Shown: piece after piece, positions 9,654 to 18,988 of the stretch | How positions within the stretch are numbered: the first letter of the stretch is position 1 | Layout of the letters: each line of letters begins with the position of its first letter | Source of the DNA: Blastocatellia bacterium | GTDB taxonomy: Bacteria > Acidobacteriota > Blastocatellia > UBA7656 | DNA length: 64,000 nucleotides | Reading direction: 5' to 3' | Assembly: GCA_963765495.1 (NCBI GenBank) | Contig: CAVXWP010000002.1 | Coordinates: 480,001 to 544,000 of the forward strand | Program-made: the position numbers and the translations under genes | Notes under the pieces: model-generated | Told to the model about the DNA's origin: nothing | The model's database searches: none | The model's input: the letters and a program-made list of their open reading frames with translations, nothing else

Positions 9654-11777
9654 ATGCAAACCTCATTCTTACTTGCGCCAATAATATTAGCGCCGCTCGT
9701 GGGTGCACTGATACTCGGACTGCTGGGCAAAAAAATGTCCGAGCGCACGATAGGCATTATCGCCTGCTCTACGGTAGCTCTCTCGTGCGTACTCTCTTTT
9801 TACGCCTTCTTCACGCGGTTGCTGCCGCTCGCCGGAGAAGAGCGGAGAGTTCACGAACACCTTTTCACGTGGATAAACGTAGGCAATTTCCGCTCAGACT
9901 TCTCGCTGCTGCTCGACCCGCTTTCCGGCGTCTATATACTCTTCATCACATTTGTCGCCCTCTGGATTCATGTCTTCGCAACGGGCTATATGCGCGGCGA
10001 AGATGGTTACTGGCGGTTCTTCGCCTATCTGAACCTGTTCATGTTCGCGATGCTCACGCTCGTGCTTGCCGACAATTTCCTGCTGATGTTTGTGGGATGG
10101 GAAGGCGTGGGGCTTTGCTCGTATCTGCTGATCGGCTTTTACTACACTAGAGGCTATGCCAATGACGCGGCAAAGAAGGCGTTTATCGTCAACCGCGTAG
10201 GCGATTTCGGATTCGCGCTCGGGCTGTTTTTGCTATTCTGGAAATCCGGCTCGATCTTCTATTTCAACGACCCGCGAGGCATTCCGAGCGCCTTCGAATG
10301 GGCTATGACTCAGGCCACCGAACCGCTCACGTTTGCGGCGATATTTGCGGGCGGGCTTACGACGATCGCCGCCTTAATGTTTGTAGGCGCAACAGGAAAG
10401 AGCGCACAGATACCGCTTTACGTCTGGCTGCCCGACGCGATGGCAGGCCCTACGCCTGTGAGCGCGCTCATACACGCCGCGACGATGGTGACGGCGGGCG
10501 TCTACATGGTGGCGCGCGCAAGTTCGATATTCATCCACGCGCCTTCGGCCATGATGATAGTAGCGATCATCGGCGCGGCCACGGCGCTGTTTGCCGCAAC
10601 AATCGGCATCGCGCAGTGGGACATCAAAAAAGTGCTGGCTTACTCGACCGTCTCTCAGCTTGGCTATATGTTTTTAGCCTGCGGAGTGGGCGCATTCAGC
10701 GCGGGGATATTTCACGTCTTTACTCACGCGTTCTTCAAGGCGCTGCTCTTTTTAGGGTCCGGCTCCGTGATCATAGGCATGCATCACGAGCAGGACATGC
10801 GCCGGATGGGCGGTTTGAAGAAATACATGAAGATCACGTTTGCGACGATGGCCGCGGGCTGGCTGGCGATTTCGGGCGTGCCTTTGCTTTCGGGTTTCTT
10901 CAGCAAAGACGAAATCCTTTATCAATCATTCACGACCTCTGTCTTGCCCGCGCCCTGGCCCACGGTGCTATGGGCCGTAGGCGCGATAACGGCTCTTTTG
11001 ACCGCGATCTATATGACCCGGTTGATGGTCGTCACATTCTGGGGCGATGAGCGGTACGATCAGCCTATCATTGATGACCCTGAGCAAAAATCGCATTCCG
11101 ATCAGGCGGTGACTCCGCACGGGGTCGGACCCGACGAGCACTCGCATCATCACGGCAAGCCGCACGAATCGCCGCTTTCGATGACGCTGCCTCTCATAGT
11201 GCTCGCGGTGGGCGCGGTCTTTGCCGGTTTTCTTGGAGTCCCGGAGGGGCTTTCAGGCGGCGCGATTCCGAATTACATAGAGCATTTTCTCGAACCATCC
11301 ATTGCCCATCTTGGTGAAGTCGCGCACGCGGAAGCGGGAAGAGGTATAGAAGCCTCACCGGCAGCACGCGAAATAGCCCCCGCAAGTCATGAAGAATCCG
11401 CGGCAGCAGAAGGCCACGGCACAGAGATCGCACTGACCGTGGTTTCATCCGTGATTGCGATACTTGGGATACTGGCCGGGTGGGTCTGGTTCAGGAGGCA
11501 GCCGCTATGGAAACCGCCGCGATTACTCGAAGAAAAATACTATGTCGATGAGGTCTATGACGCGGCGATCATTGAGCCGATCAAGACAGGCTCGACCAGC
11601 ATACTGTGGAAGATCATCGACGTGGGCCTGATCGACGGCGCGGTAAACAGCGCGGCTGCAACGGCCCGAGGACTGGGGAGCGCTCTGCGCTATCTGCAAT
11701 CCGGCTTTGCCCGCAGCTATGTGGCCGTAGTCGTGCTGGGCGCGCTGCTTTTGATCGGATACTTTGTCATAAGGTAG
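9654..11777 (+). CDS. nuoL: NADH-quinone oxidoreductase subunit L
   Basis: GWEGVGLCSYLLIGF, GKSAQIPLYVWLPDAMAGPTPVSALIHAATMV and HAFFKALLF motifs. Confidence 0.96.
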   Translation: MQTSFLLAPIILAPLVGALILGLLGKKMSERTIGIIACSTVALSCVLSFYAFFTRLLPLAGEERRVHEHLFTWINVGNFRSDFSLLLDPLSGVYILFITFVALWIHVFATGYMRGEDGYWRFFAYLNLFMFAMLTLVLADNFLLMFVGWEGVGLCSYLLIGFYYTRGYANDAAKKAFIVNRVGDFGFALGLFLLFWKSGSIFYFNDPRGIPSAFEWAMTQATEPLTFAAIFAGGLTTIAALMFVGATGKSAQIPLYVWLPDAMAGPTPVSALIHAATMVTAGVYMVARASSIFIHAPSAMMIVAIIGAATALFAATIGIAQWDIKKVLAYSTVSQLGYMFLACGVGAFSAGIFHVFTHAFFKALLFLGSGSVIIGMHHEQDMRRMGGLKKYMKITFATMAAGWLAISGVPLLSGFFSKDEILYQSFTTSVLPAPWPTVLWAVGAITALLTAIYMTRLMVVTFWGDERYDQPIIDDPEQKSHSDQAVTPHGVGPDEHSHHHGKPHESPLSMTLPLIVLAVGAVFAGFLGVPEGLSGGAIPNYIEHFLEPSIAHLGEVAHAEAGRGIEASPAAREIAPASHEESAAAEGHGTEIALTVVSSVIAILGILAGWVWFRRQPLWKPPRLLEEKYYVDEVYDAAIIEPIKTGSTSILWKIIDVGLIDGAVNSAAATARGLGSALRYLQSGFARSYVAVVVLGALLLIGYFVIR

Positions 11778-11794
11778 AGGCGAGACTTTTTAAG

Positions 11795-13369
11795 ATGGAA
11801 ACTTATCTGCTCACTATAATCACGCTGCTGCCGGTCGCGGGCGCGATCCTGCTCGCCTTCCTCGGGCAAGGCGACGGCGCAAAAGAGAAGATGCTGAAAT
11901 GGACCGCGCTGCTTGTCGCCCTGCTGACATTTGCGGTCTCGCTTGCGCTCCCCTTCGGATTCAAATCCGGGGCCGGTCTTCAGTTTGAAACAAATATTCC
12001 ATGGATCACAGCTTTCAATCTGGGTGTGAACTATCACGTAGCGATTGACGGGTTGAGCCTCTGGCTCGTGATGCTTACGACATTGCTTGTCCCAGTGGCG
12101 ATGCTCTCTTCGTGGAACTCGATCCACTTCCGGCTGCGCGAGTTTCTGATCTCAATGCTGGCGCTTGAGACGGGGATGATAGGCGTGTTCATTGCGATGG
12201 ACATGTTTTTGTTCTACCTGTTCTGGGAAGTTATGCTCGTGCCGATGTACTTTCTGATTGGCGTGTGGGGTGGCGAGCGGCGCATCTACGCGGCGATCAA
12301 GTTTGTCATATACACGGTGATCGGCTCTCTTCTGATGCTGGCCGGAATAATCGCGCTCTATTCCCTGCACGGGCAGGCGACGGGCAATTACACATTCGAC
12401 ATCGCGACTATCACTGCGGCAGTAAAATCATCACCCTTTCTGACCTTTGAGCAACAGGAATGGTTGTTTGCCGCCTTCGCCATCGCGTTCCTGATAAAGG
12501 TGCCGCTCTTTCCTTTTCACACGTGGCTGCCCGATGCGCACGTCGAAGCGCCGACGGCAGGGTCGGTTATACTTGCGGGCGTGCTGCTCAAGATGGGCAC
12601 TTACGGGTTGATGCGCTTCAATCTGCCGATCTTCCCGGATGCTTCGCATTACTTCGCAACGCTCATCTCTACGCTCGCCGTCATAGGCATAATCTACGGC
12701 GCGCTTGTGGCGATGGTGCAGCCAGATTTAAAGAAGCTTGTGGCCTACTCTTCGGTGAGCCATCTTGGTTTTGTGGTGCTTGGAATATTCTCATTCACCG
12801 ACCAGGGATTGCAGGGTGCGCTCTATCAGATGCTCAATCACGGGGTTTCGACCGGCGCGCTCTTTATGATCGTGGGCATGGTTTACGACAGACGGCACAC
12901 CCGGCAGATAGCCGAATTCGGCGGGCTGGCCAGCGTCATGCCCGTCTATTCGTCGCTCTTTCTGGTCGTCACGCTGTCGTCAATCGCATTGCCGCTTTTG
13001 AACGGATTCGTAGGCGAATTTTTGATCCTCGTAGGCACGTTCACTTCATCTGTGCTTCCTCACGCGAGGCTGTTTGCAGCGTTTGCGGCTACGGGGATGA
13101 TACTGTCGGCGGTTTACATGCTCTGGATGTATCAGCGAGTGATAATGGGCGAGACCACTAATCCGGAAAATATGAAGCTCGCGGATTTGAATGGAAGAGA
13201 GAAGCTGGCCCTTGCGCCGATGATAATCCTGATCTTCGTGATGGGTATATATCCGAGCCTCTTCCTTTCACGCAGCGATGCGGCTGTCACATCAATTCGA
13301 GAGCGTGTCAACCCCGCGCCCGTGACGGCGACCGCTTCGGAAAAGAATATCGAGATTGCAGAACACTGA
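11795..13369 (+). CDS. nuoM: NADH-quinone oxidoreductase subunit M
   Basis: FWEVMLVPMYFLIGVWG and KVPLFPFHTWLPDAHVEAPT motifs. Start placed at ATG 11795. Confidence 0.96.
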   Translation: METYLLTIITLLPVAGAILLAFLGQGDGAKEKMLKWTALLVALLTFAVSLALPFGFKSGAGLQFETNIPWITAFNLGVNYHVAIDGLSLWLVMLTTLLVPVAMLSSWNSIHFRLREFLISMLALETGMIGVFIAMDMFLFYLFWEVMLVPMYFLIGVWGGERRIYAAIKFVIYTVIGSLLMLAGIIALYSLHGQATGNYTFDIATITAAVKSSPFLTFEQQEWLFAAFAIAFLIKVPLFPFHTWLPDAHVEAPTAGSVILAGVLLKMGTYGLMRFNLPIFPDASHYFATLISTLAVIGIIYGALVAMVQPDLKKLVAYSSVSHLGFVVLGIFSFTDQGLQGALYQMLNHGVSTGALFMIVGMVYDRRHTRQIAEFGGLASVMPVYSSLFLVVTLSSIALPLLNGFVGEFLILVGTFTSSVLPHARLFAAFAATGMILSAVYMLWMYQRVIMGETTNPENMKLADLNGREKLALAPMIILIFVMGIYPSLFLSRSDAAVTSIRERVNPAPVTATASEKNIEIAEH

Positions 13370-13371
13370 AT

Positions 13372-14892
13372 ATGAACCAGATTTCTATAGACTATCACGC
13401 GATCCTGCCGGAGACGATCACTGCCCTCGTCGCCGTCATCATCATGCTGCTCGACGCATTCTCGCGCAAAATCGAGACTCGCATCGCGGGCGCGATGTCG
13501 CTTGTGGGGCTGGCAGGAGCCGCGGCAGCAGTCTTTAGCCTGTGGGGCCGAAACGGCGAAACATCCTTCGCGGGTATGATCATCACGGATGATTTCAGGC
13601 TCTTTTTCGCGATGATCTTTCTGATCGTAACATTTCTGATCGTCCTGATTTCGCTTCGATGGGTGGGAGACGAACAACTGCCGACGGGCGAATACTTCGC
13701 GCTTCTGATGTTTGCCACCACGGGCATGCTGTTTATGTCGGCGGCAAATGATCTGGTGATGATCTTTCTCGGGCTTGAGATCACATCAATATCAACTTAT
13801 GTGTTGTGCGGATACCGCAGGCGCGACCCGCGCTCGAACGAATCGGCGGTCAAGTATTTCATACTCGGTTCGTTCTCGACGGCCTTTTTGCTATTCGGCA
13901 TCACGCTCATTTATGGAGCGAGCTACAATCCGGCAGCCACGCCTGTCGCCACCACGAATCTGTTGTTACTGAAAGAGCGGTTCTCATCGGGGGTGCTTTT
14001 TTCCGAGCAATTGCTCTTTGCGGGCGCGGCTATGATGATCGTTGGGTTCGGGTTCAAAGTAGCTACCGCGCCTTTCCACATCTGGTCGCCGGATGTTTAC
14101 GAAGGCGCGCCTACGCCCGTGACCGCGTTTCTTTCCACGGGATCAAAGGCCGCTGCCTTCGCCGCATTCTCACGCGTGTTCATACTGACTTTCGCCGCGA
14201 CACCGATTGTTGGAGGGCTGGCAAACGGAGTGATGCCCGCGTTGCACGAGGTAATTACAAACTCGCTATGGGTGATGGCTGCGCTGACTATGACGATTGG
14301 CAATCTGGTCGCAATCGTTCAGAGCAACATCAAGCGAATGCTCGCCTACTCATCAATCGCGCACGCGGGGTACGCGCTTGTGGGGATGGTGGCTATGGAT
14401 TGGCGCTCGGTGGCGTTTTATCTGTTGAGCTACGTTGTGATCAACATAGGCGCGTTCGCCGTGATCGAGGTCATTGCAAGGCGCGGCGACAAGCGAACCG
14501 AGATAGCGGATTACGCGGGGATAGGGTTTCAAACAATCGGGCTTGCGGCGGCGCTTTCGCTCTTTCTGCTTTCGCTCGCGGGGATACCGCTGACGGCCGG
14601 GTTTATGGGCAAGCTGCTTGTCTTCAAATCGGCCTGGGGAGCCGGTTTCCACGGGCTCGTCGTCATAGGCGTGATCAACAGCGCGATCTCCTGGTACTTC
14701 TATCTGCGAGTCATAGTGGCGATGTTTTTCGCCGAACCCGCTGTCGGATTCAAAGCGCCTGTCGTGGCCCGCTCACTGGCGGCGGCTCTAATCCTGACCA
14801 TCCTCGGCACTCTTTATCTCGGCATTCTGCCGGGCCGCGTGCTCGGCGCGCTTGAGCGGGCGAGCGATCAGATTCATACTGCGCTGAAGTGA
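13372..14892 (+). CDS. nuoN: NADH-quinone oxidoreductase subunit N
   Basis: ESAVKYFILGS, FKVATAPFHIWSPDVYEGAPTPV and KRMLAYSSIAHAGY motifs. Confidence 0.96.
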   Translation: MNQISIDYHAILPETITALVAVIIMLLDAFSRKIETRIAGAMSLVGLAGAAAAVFSLWGRNGETSFAGMIITDDFRLFFAMIFLIVTFLIVLISLRWVGDEQLPTGEYFALLMFATTGMLFMSAANDLVMIFLGLEITSISTYVLCGYRRRDPRSNESAVKYFILGSFSTAFLLFGITLIYGASYNPAATPVATTNLLLLKERFSSGVLFSEQLLFAGAAMMIVGFGFKVATAPFHIWSPDVYEGAPTPVTAFLSTGSKAAAFAAFSRVFILTFAATPIVGGLANGVMPALHEVITNSLWVMAALTMTIGNLVAIVQSNIKRMLAYSSIAHAGYALVGMVAMDWRSVAFYLLSYVVINIGAFAVIEVIARRGDKRTEIADYAGIGFQTIGLAAALSLFLLSLAGIPLTAGFMGKLLVFKSAWGAGFHGLVVIGVINSAISWYFYLRVIVAMFFAEPAVGFKAPVVARSLAAALILTILGTLYLGILPGRVLGALERASDQIHTALK

Positions 14893-15428
14893 TGGCTAAG
14901 ATAGAATCTCTCTCAGACCGCATTCCAAAGTCCGCAAGGACGGTCAAGGCCGAAGACATCGTCGCCGAGATCAAACGCCATCTTGGCAATCACGCTCTGG
15001 ATGCGCTCTACCGCGACCGCATTCTTTCACAGCGGACCCGCCAGTACCAGTTGGACGCGCCGGTAAAGGCTGCTCGCGTAGAGGTGCTGCACACTCTGCT
15101 CGGCATAGAGCTAAAGATAGGAAATCGGCGATTGCTCTGTCCCGACCTCGCAACGGCTCGTTACCTGTCGGTCTTCGCCCGCCTCGGCTCGGATGTCATA
15201 GCCGTGCCTTACGACATCACTCAAATCTCTTCAATAGCCGACGAGCTTGAATCAAGCTGGCATCGAATGACGCTTCTGGTGGATCATTTCACCGTAGACC
15301 GCAGCGAGCGACTGCGCGGGCTGGTCTTAAAGCGACTGCTCAAAGACATACGAAAGGCAATTGCCGAGCAGGGCGCGGGGACGAAATTTCCGAAGTTCAA
15401 TCAAAAGACCAGACAGCGAAAAGAATAA
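14889..15428 (+). CDS. Hypothetical soluble basic protein, overlapping the nuoN stop
   Basis: 179-aa ORF with GTGATG overlap at the nuoN TGA. No recognised domain. Confidence 0.7.
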   Translation: MMAKIESLSDRIPKSARTVKAEDIVAEIKRHLGNHALDALYRDRILSQRTRQYQLDAPVKAARVEVLHTLLGIELKIGNRRLLCPDLATARYLSVFARLGSDVIAVPYDITQISSIADELESSWHRMTLLVDHFTVDRSERLRGLVLKRLLKDIRKAIAEQGAGTKFPKFNQKTRQRKE

Positions 15429-15471
15429 AACCTAAAGGATAAAATTTGCGGCAGTTGGAAAGGACGAACGG

Positions 15472-16116
15472 GTGGGTCGAAGGTCTGTTAATTTCGATAG
15501 AATTGCTTCACTGCTCTCTCCTTTTTTTCGCAACAGGCGGATGCGCCTGTTTTGCGAAATCGCGTCACCTTCGGCCGACACTTCGATTCTTGATATAGGC
15601 GGCTACGCCTGGTTCTGGGCGGATTTGCCCGTAAAATCCGACATCACGATAATCAACATCGAAAAACCGAATATCAGTTCATCCGAGCGCGAGGCATATC
15701 AATTCGTGATGGCCGACGGCAGAAATCTCCCTTTCCCCGATAACGCTTTTGACATAGTGTTTTCCAATTCTGTTATAGAACACCTCTTCACATACGAGAA
15801 TCAAAAGCGATTTGCGGAAGAGACAAGAAAAGCCGGCAAGCGGCTGTGGGTGCAAACTCCGGCCAGATGGTTCCCAATAGAGACCCATCTGAAAAGCCCT
15901 TTGATTCATTACCTCCCGGCTTCTATGCAGCGAAAGCTGATAAAGAATTTTTCGGTGTGGGGACTTATGACAAGGCCGACACAGGAAGAGACTGACGCGC
16001 TTTTAAGTGAGATTCGATTGCTGACCTACAAAGAGATGAAAGACCTCTTCCCCGATTGCCGGATCATCAAGGAAAAATTTCTCTTCTTCACAAAATCCTA
16101 CATAGCTTATAGATGA
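15472..16116 (+). CDS. Class I SAM-dependent methyltransferase
   Basis: ILDIGG motif I and LPFPDNAFDIVFSNSVIEHL. Confidence 0.88.
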   Translation: MGRRSVNFDRIASLLSPFFRNRRMRLFCEIASPSADTSILDIGGYAWFWADLPVKSDITIINIEKPNISSSEREAYQFVMADGRNLPFPDNAFDIVFSNSVIEHLFTYENQKRFAEETRKAGKRLWVQTPARWFPIETHLKSPLIHYLPASMQRKLIKNFSVWGLMTRPTQEETDALLSEIRLLTYKEMKDLFPDCRIIKEKFLFFTKSYIAYR

Positions 16117-16193
16117 TGCGTGATGCGTGAGATTGGGAATACACTGTTAAAAGGAGACTATCTTTAAAATCACGTATCACGCATCACGCATCA
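16114..16193. repeat. Heptamer (TGATGCG)n...(CGCATCA)n inverted-repeat element, family A
   Basis: TGATGCGTGATGCGTGA ... TCACGTATCACGCATCACGCATCA. The first TGA is the methyltransferase stop. Confidence 0.88.
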
Positions 16194-16252
16194 TTTTTTG
16201 CGCTTCATTGCACCTTAGCGTGCCCCTTCCCTCCGTGCTATACTTTTTCCGC

Positions 16253-17056
16253 ATGGCCGACAGTGATGACAGTATGCTGGATAAAGCCGAAGGGGTGGCA
16301 AGACGGCTTCTCGAACGGCTCGGCGCCAAGGTTGACAGCAAGATGGGCGCAACCGACAAGGAAGTCCTCAGCCCGCGCGAGGTCGGAGAATTGACCTCCC
16401 GCATAGAACGAACTATCGAATCACATCTCAGAGAAGATAAGAACGGCACAAAACGCGTCGCGCCAAATCGTTTTCAGGTACTCTTCACATACGAAGAGAC
16501 ATCACGGCTCAACACAAAATATATCGAAGCTCTCGGCTTGGAACTCAAAGCCTCGATATATGAATACATCAACAATCGGCGGTACGAGGTTCGCGGTCCC
16601 TTCGAAGTGAAAACGGGTCGAGACCTGTTTGCAAAAACCACGGTCGTCAAAGCTTTCTTTGAAGGGGATACAGCGGCCTCAAATCCGGTCGATCCCGTTT
16701 CCGACCCTCCCCCCCAGCCAGGCGGCCAGCCCGCAAAGCCTTCTACAGACCGAAGGGTATCGCTTCGCACATCTGACGGACAGAGCTTTATCATCAATTT
16801 GAAACCGGGCGGCGCTCCGGCGCATATCGGGCGCGCTTCGAATTGCGCGATACGCATAGATGATGCGAGCATCTCCCGGATGCACTGCTCCGTCACGTTG
16901 CGCAGCAACGGCGATATTGTTATAGCCGATCTAGGCAGTTCAAACGGTACATCTCTCAACAACCAGATGCTTGGCACAAACGAAGCCCGCTCGATAGATA
17001 CCGGCGACACAATCGGAGTCGGAGACATCATACTTAATGTAGCTGAGATCGAATGA
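16253..17056 (+). CDS. FhaA-like protein (DUF3662-like N-domain plus C-terminal FHA domain)
   Basis: VAPNRFQV N-domain motif, Pro-rich linker, FHA motifs IGR, ISRMH and DLGSSNGT. Confidence 0.85.
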   Translation: MADSDDSMLDKAEGVARRLLERLGAKVDSKMGATDKEVLSPREVGELTSRIERTIESHLREDKNGTKRVAPNRFQVLFTYEETSRLNTKYIEALGLELKASIYEYINNRRYEVRGPFEVKTGRDLFAKTTVVKAFFEGDTAASNPVDPVSDPPPQPGGQPAKPSTDRRVSLRTSDGQSFIINLKPGGAPAHIGRASNCAIRIDDASISRMHCSVTLRSNGDIVIADLGSSNGTSLNNQMLGTNEARSIDTGDTIGVGDIILNVAEIE

Positions 17057-17147
17057 CGATCTGCTTCCCGGACGCAATCGGTTTAACGAACATCAAAGGC
17101 AGGCTTCATCGTATCTGAAGTCAGCCTGTGGTTTTGGAGTAATCTCT

Positions 17148-18947
17148 ATGCTCATACCCTTTATCCTCACAATCATATTTGGCGCGGCAAGTCTGCTCTT
17201 GATGCTGGTGCTTGGATGGGCCGCCTGGCGACACCGCAATCCGCCGGTCGCAACCGAAGGCTCGACGGCAGAAGAGCTAAAGGATTTTGGCCCCACCGCC
17301 ACGAATCGCTGGATTCGCGGGCTGAGAGTCTTTTTTATACTGCTCATACTGGCCGTTTTCGGCTTCCATTCCTACTGGGTCTTCAAAGCCGATTCGAGCG
17401 ATACCTTCAAGAGCGCAAAGGGGATGGACCTCAGAAATCGCAGGCTTGCCGAAAGCGGGCTGAAGGGGTGGGTGCTTGACCGCAGCGGGAAACTTGAATC
17501 TGCCCTGGTCCGATACCGCGCCGATGCCGGAGTCATCTCGCGAGAATACCCGCTCGGCGAAGCCGCCGTTCACCTGACCGGCTATTCTGATTTCATATTT
17601 GGCGCGGGAGGGCTGGAACACGCCTATAGCGACTGGCTCACAAAGCCCGTCAGCACCTATAACGAACTGACGTCGCCCGTACCCGTGGGGCATGATTTGA
17701 AGGTATCAATAGATTCGAATTTTCAGAAGGAAGCCTATAACCTTGTAAAAGGCGCGGGCAAACCCGCAGCGGCCGTCGTTTTGTTGTTGCCAAATAATGA
17801 GGTGCTGGCGATGGCCTCGGCTCCGAGTTTCGATCCCTCCGCGGTAAACGATACGGAGACCTGGCATAAGCTTTCGGAACAGGCCGAGCAGGCTCCCCTC
17901 ATCAGCCCGCTCGTCAATCGCGCGCTCGGAACCCTTGTAACAGGTGGCCCTGCCTTTTATTACAGACCCGGCTCGACATTCAAGACCTTTGTCGCGGCCG
18001 TAGCCATCGACAGCGGCGTCACAAACGAAAGATTCACCTGCAAAGCGGAAGGGTTTACGCCTCAAGGCTCGGGCCGCGCAATAAGGGATTTTGCGGGCGA
18101 GGTGCACGGCACCATCGGATTGCAAGATGCTTTCACACATTCGTGCAATCAGTATTTCGCCCAGCTCGGCCTCAAGCTTGGCCGCGAACGACTGGCCAAT
18201 TACGCCCGCCGGTTGAATTACTCAACCTCGCCCAGCGACAACATCAGCCGCTCGACAAACCTCTGGGAGATACTTCACGGCGACCCCGATGAATTTAACT
18301 TTATCTTTGCGCCACCCGTCACAAGGATGAACCTCTCATCTGATGCGACTCCTTATGATGTTGCGCTCCAATCATTCGGTCAAGGGTTCGATGATTTGAC
18401 GGTGATATCTATGGCAGTTTTGGCTGCGGCCGCCGCAAGCCAGGATGGTTCATTCGTAGCTCCAACGTTTGAGACCGATGCGCCAAGAAAGGTCATAGGT
18501 CCGTTTATCACCCCGCAATCTGCCGCCACGCTTCGCGCGCTTATGCGCTCGGTAGTAGAAAGCGGGACAGCCAGAGGCGCATTCGCTCCGCTTGCGGGAC
18601 GAATAAGCGCGGGCGGAAAGACAGGCACCGCCGACCGCGTAATCCCTCTCTACGACCGCGACGGCAATAAGGTGGTTGATTATGTGGATAAAGACGGCGA
18701 GAAGCACTACAAAACACTAGAAGCCACCGATTCGTGGTTTATAGGTTTTGCGCCGGCCGATAACCCGCGCATAGCCTATGCCGTCGTCGTGGAAAACGGC
18801 GGAGAAGGCTCGAAAGCCGCCGCGCCCATCGCGGTCAAACTGATACAGGCCGCCGCATCACTCGGCTATATCGGCGGCGGAGCCCCGGTACCGGCCCAGC
18901 CAAGATCGGCCCGCCCTGCCCGGCCTGCGACAGGGGGAAATCGTTGA
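17148..18947 (+). CDS. Class B penicillin-binding transpeptidase (PbpA-like)
   Basis: PGSTFK (SxxK), SCN (SxN) and KTGTA motifs, N-terminal TM helices, REYPLG. Confidence 0.9.
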   Translation: MLIPFILTIIFGAASLLLMLVLGWAAWRHRNPPVATEGSTAEELKDFGPTATNRWIRGLRVFFILLILAVFGFHSYWVFKADSSDTFKSAKGMDLRNRRLAESGLKGWVLDRSGKLESALVRYRADAGVISREYPLGEAAVHLTGYSDFIFGAGGLEHAYSDWLTKPVSTYNELTSPVPVGHDLKVSIDSNFQKEAYNLVKGAGKPAAAVVLLLPNNEVLAMASAPSFDPSAVNDTETWHKLSEQAEQAPLISPLVNRALGTLVTGGPAFYYRPGSTFKTFVAAVAIDSGVTNERFTCKAEGFTPQGSGRAIRDFAGEVHGTIGLQDAFTHSCNQYFAQLGLKLGRERLANYARRLNYSTSPSDNISRSTNLWEILHGDPDEFNFIFAPPVTRMNLSSDATPYDVALQSFGQGFDDLTVISMAVLAAAAASQDGSFVAPTFETDAPRKVIGPFITPQSAATLRALMRSVVESGTARGAFAPLAGRISAGGKTGTADRVIPLYDRDGNKVVDYVDKDGEKHYKTLEATDSWFIGFAPADNPRIAYAVVVENGGEGSKAAAPIAVKLIQAAASLGYIGGGAPVPAQPRSARPARPATGGNR

Positions 18948-18988
18948 GATAATTTCTTGCTGGACGCTTACATACGAGGCGCTAAAGA

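Noticed and set aside
11050-11430. His/Glu-rich insertions in NuoL
   Set aside because: Such His-rich loops around the PHESP motif are common in NuoL of many bacteria.
13806-14855. Long alternative-frame and antisense ORFs (for example 13806..14855, 40018..41082, 45141..46139, 52838..53740, 62009..62905)
   Set aside because: They are shadows of well-supported genes, expected at this GC content and codon bias.
17088-17113. ECF-like promoter GAAC..CGTA before the PBP gene (and AAC..CGTC near 5150)
   Set aside because: The spacers (18 and 15 nt) differ from the 17-nt pattern, so support is insufficient.
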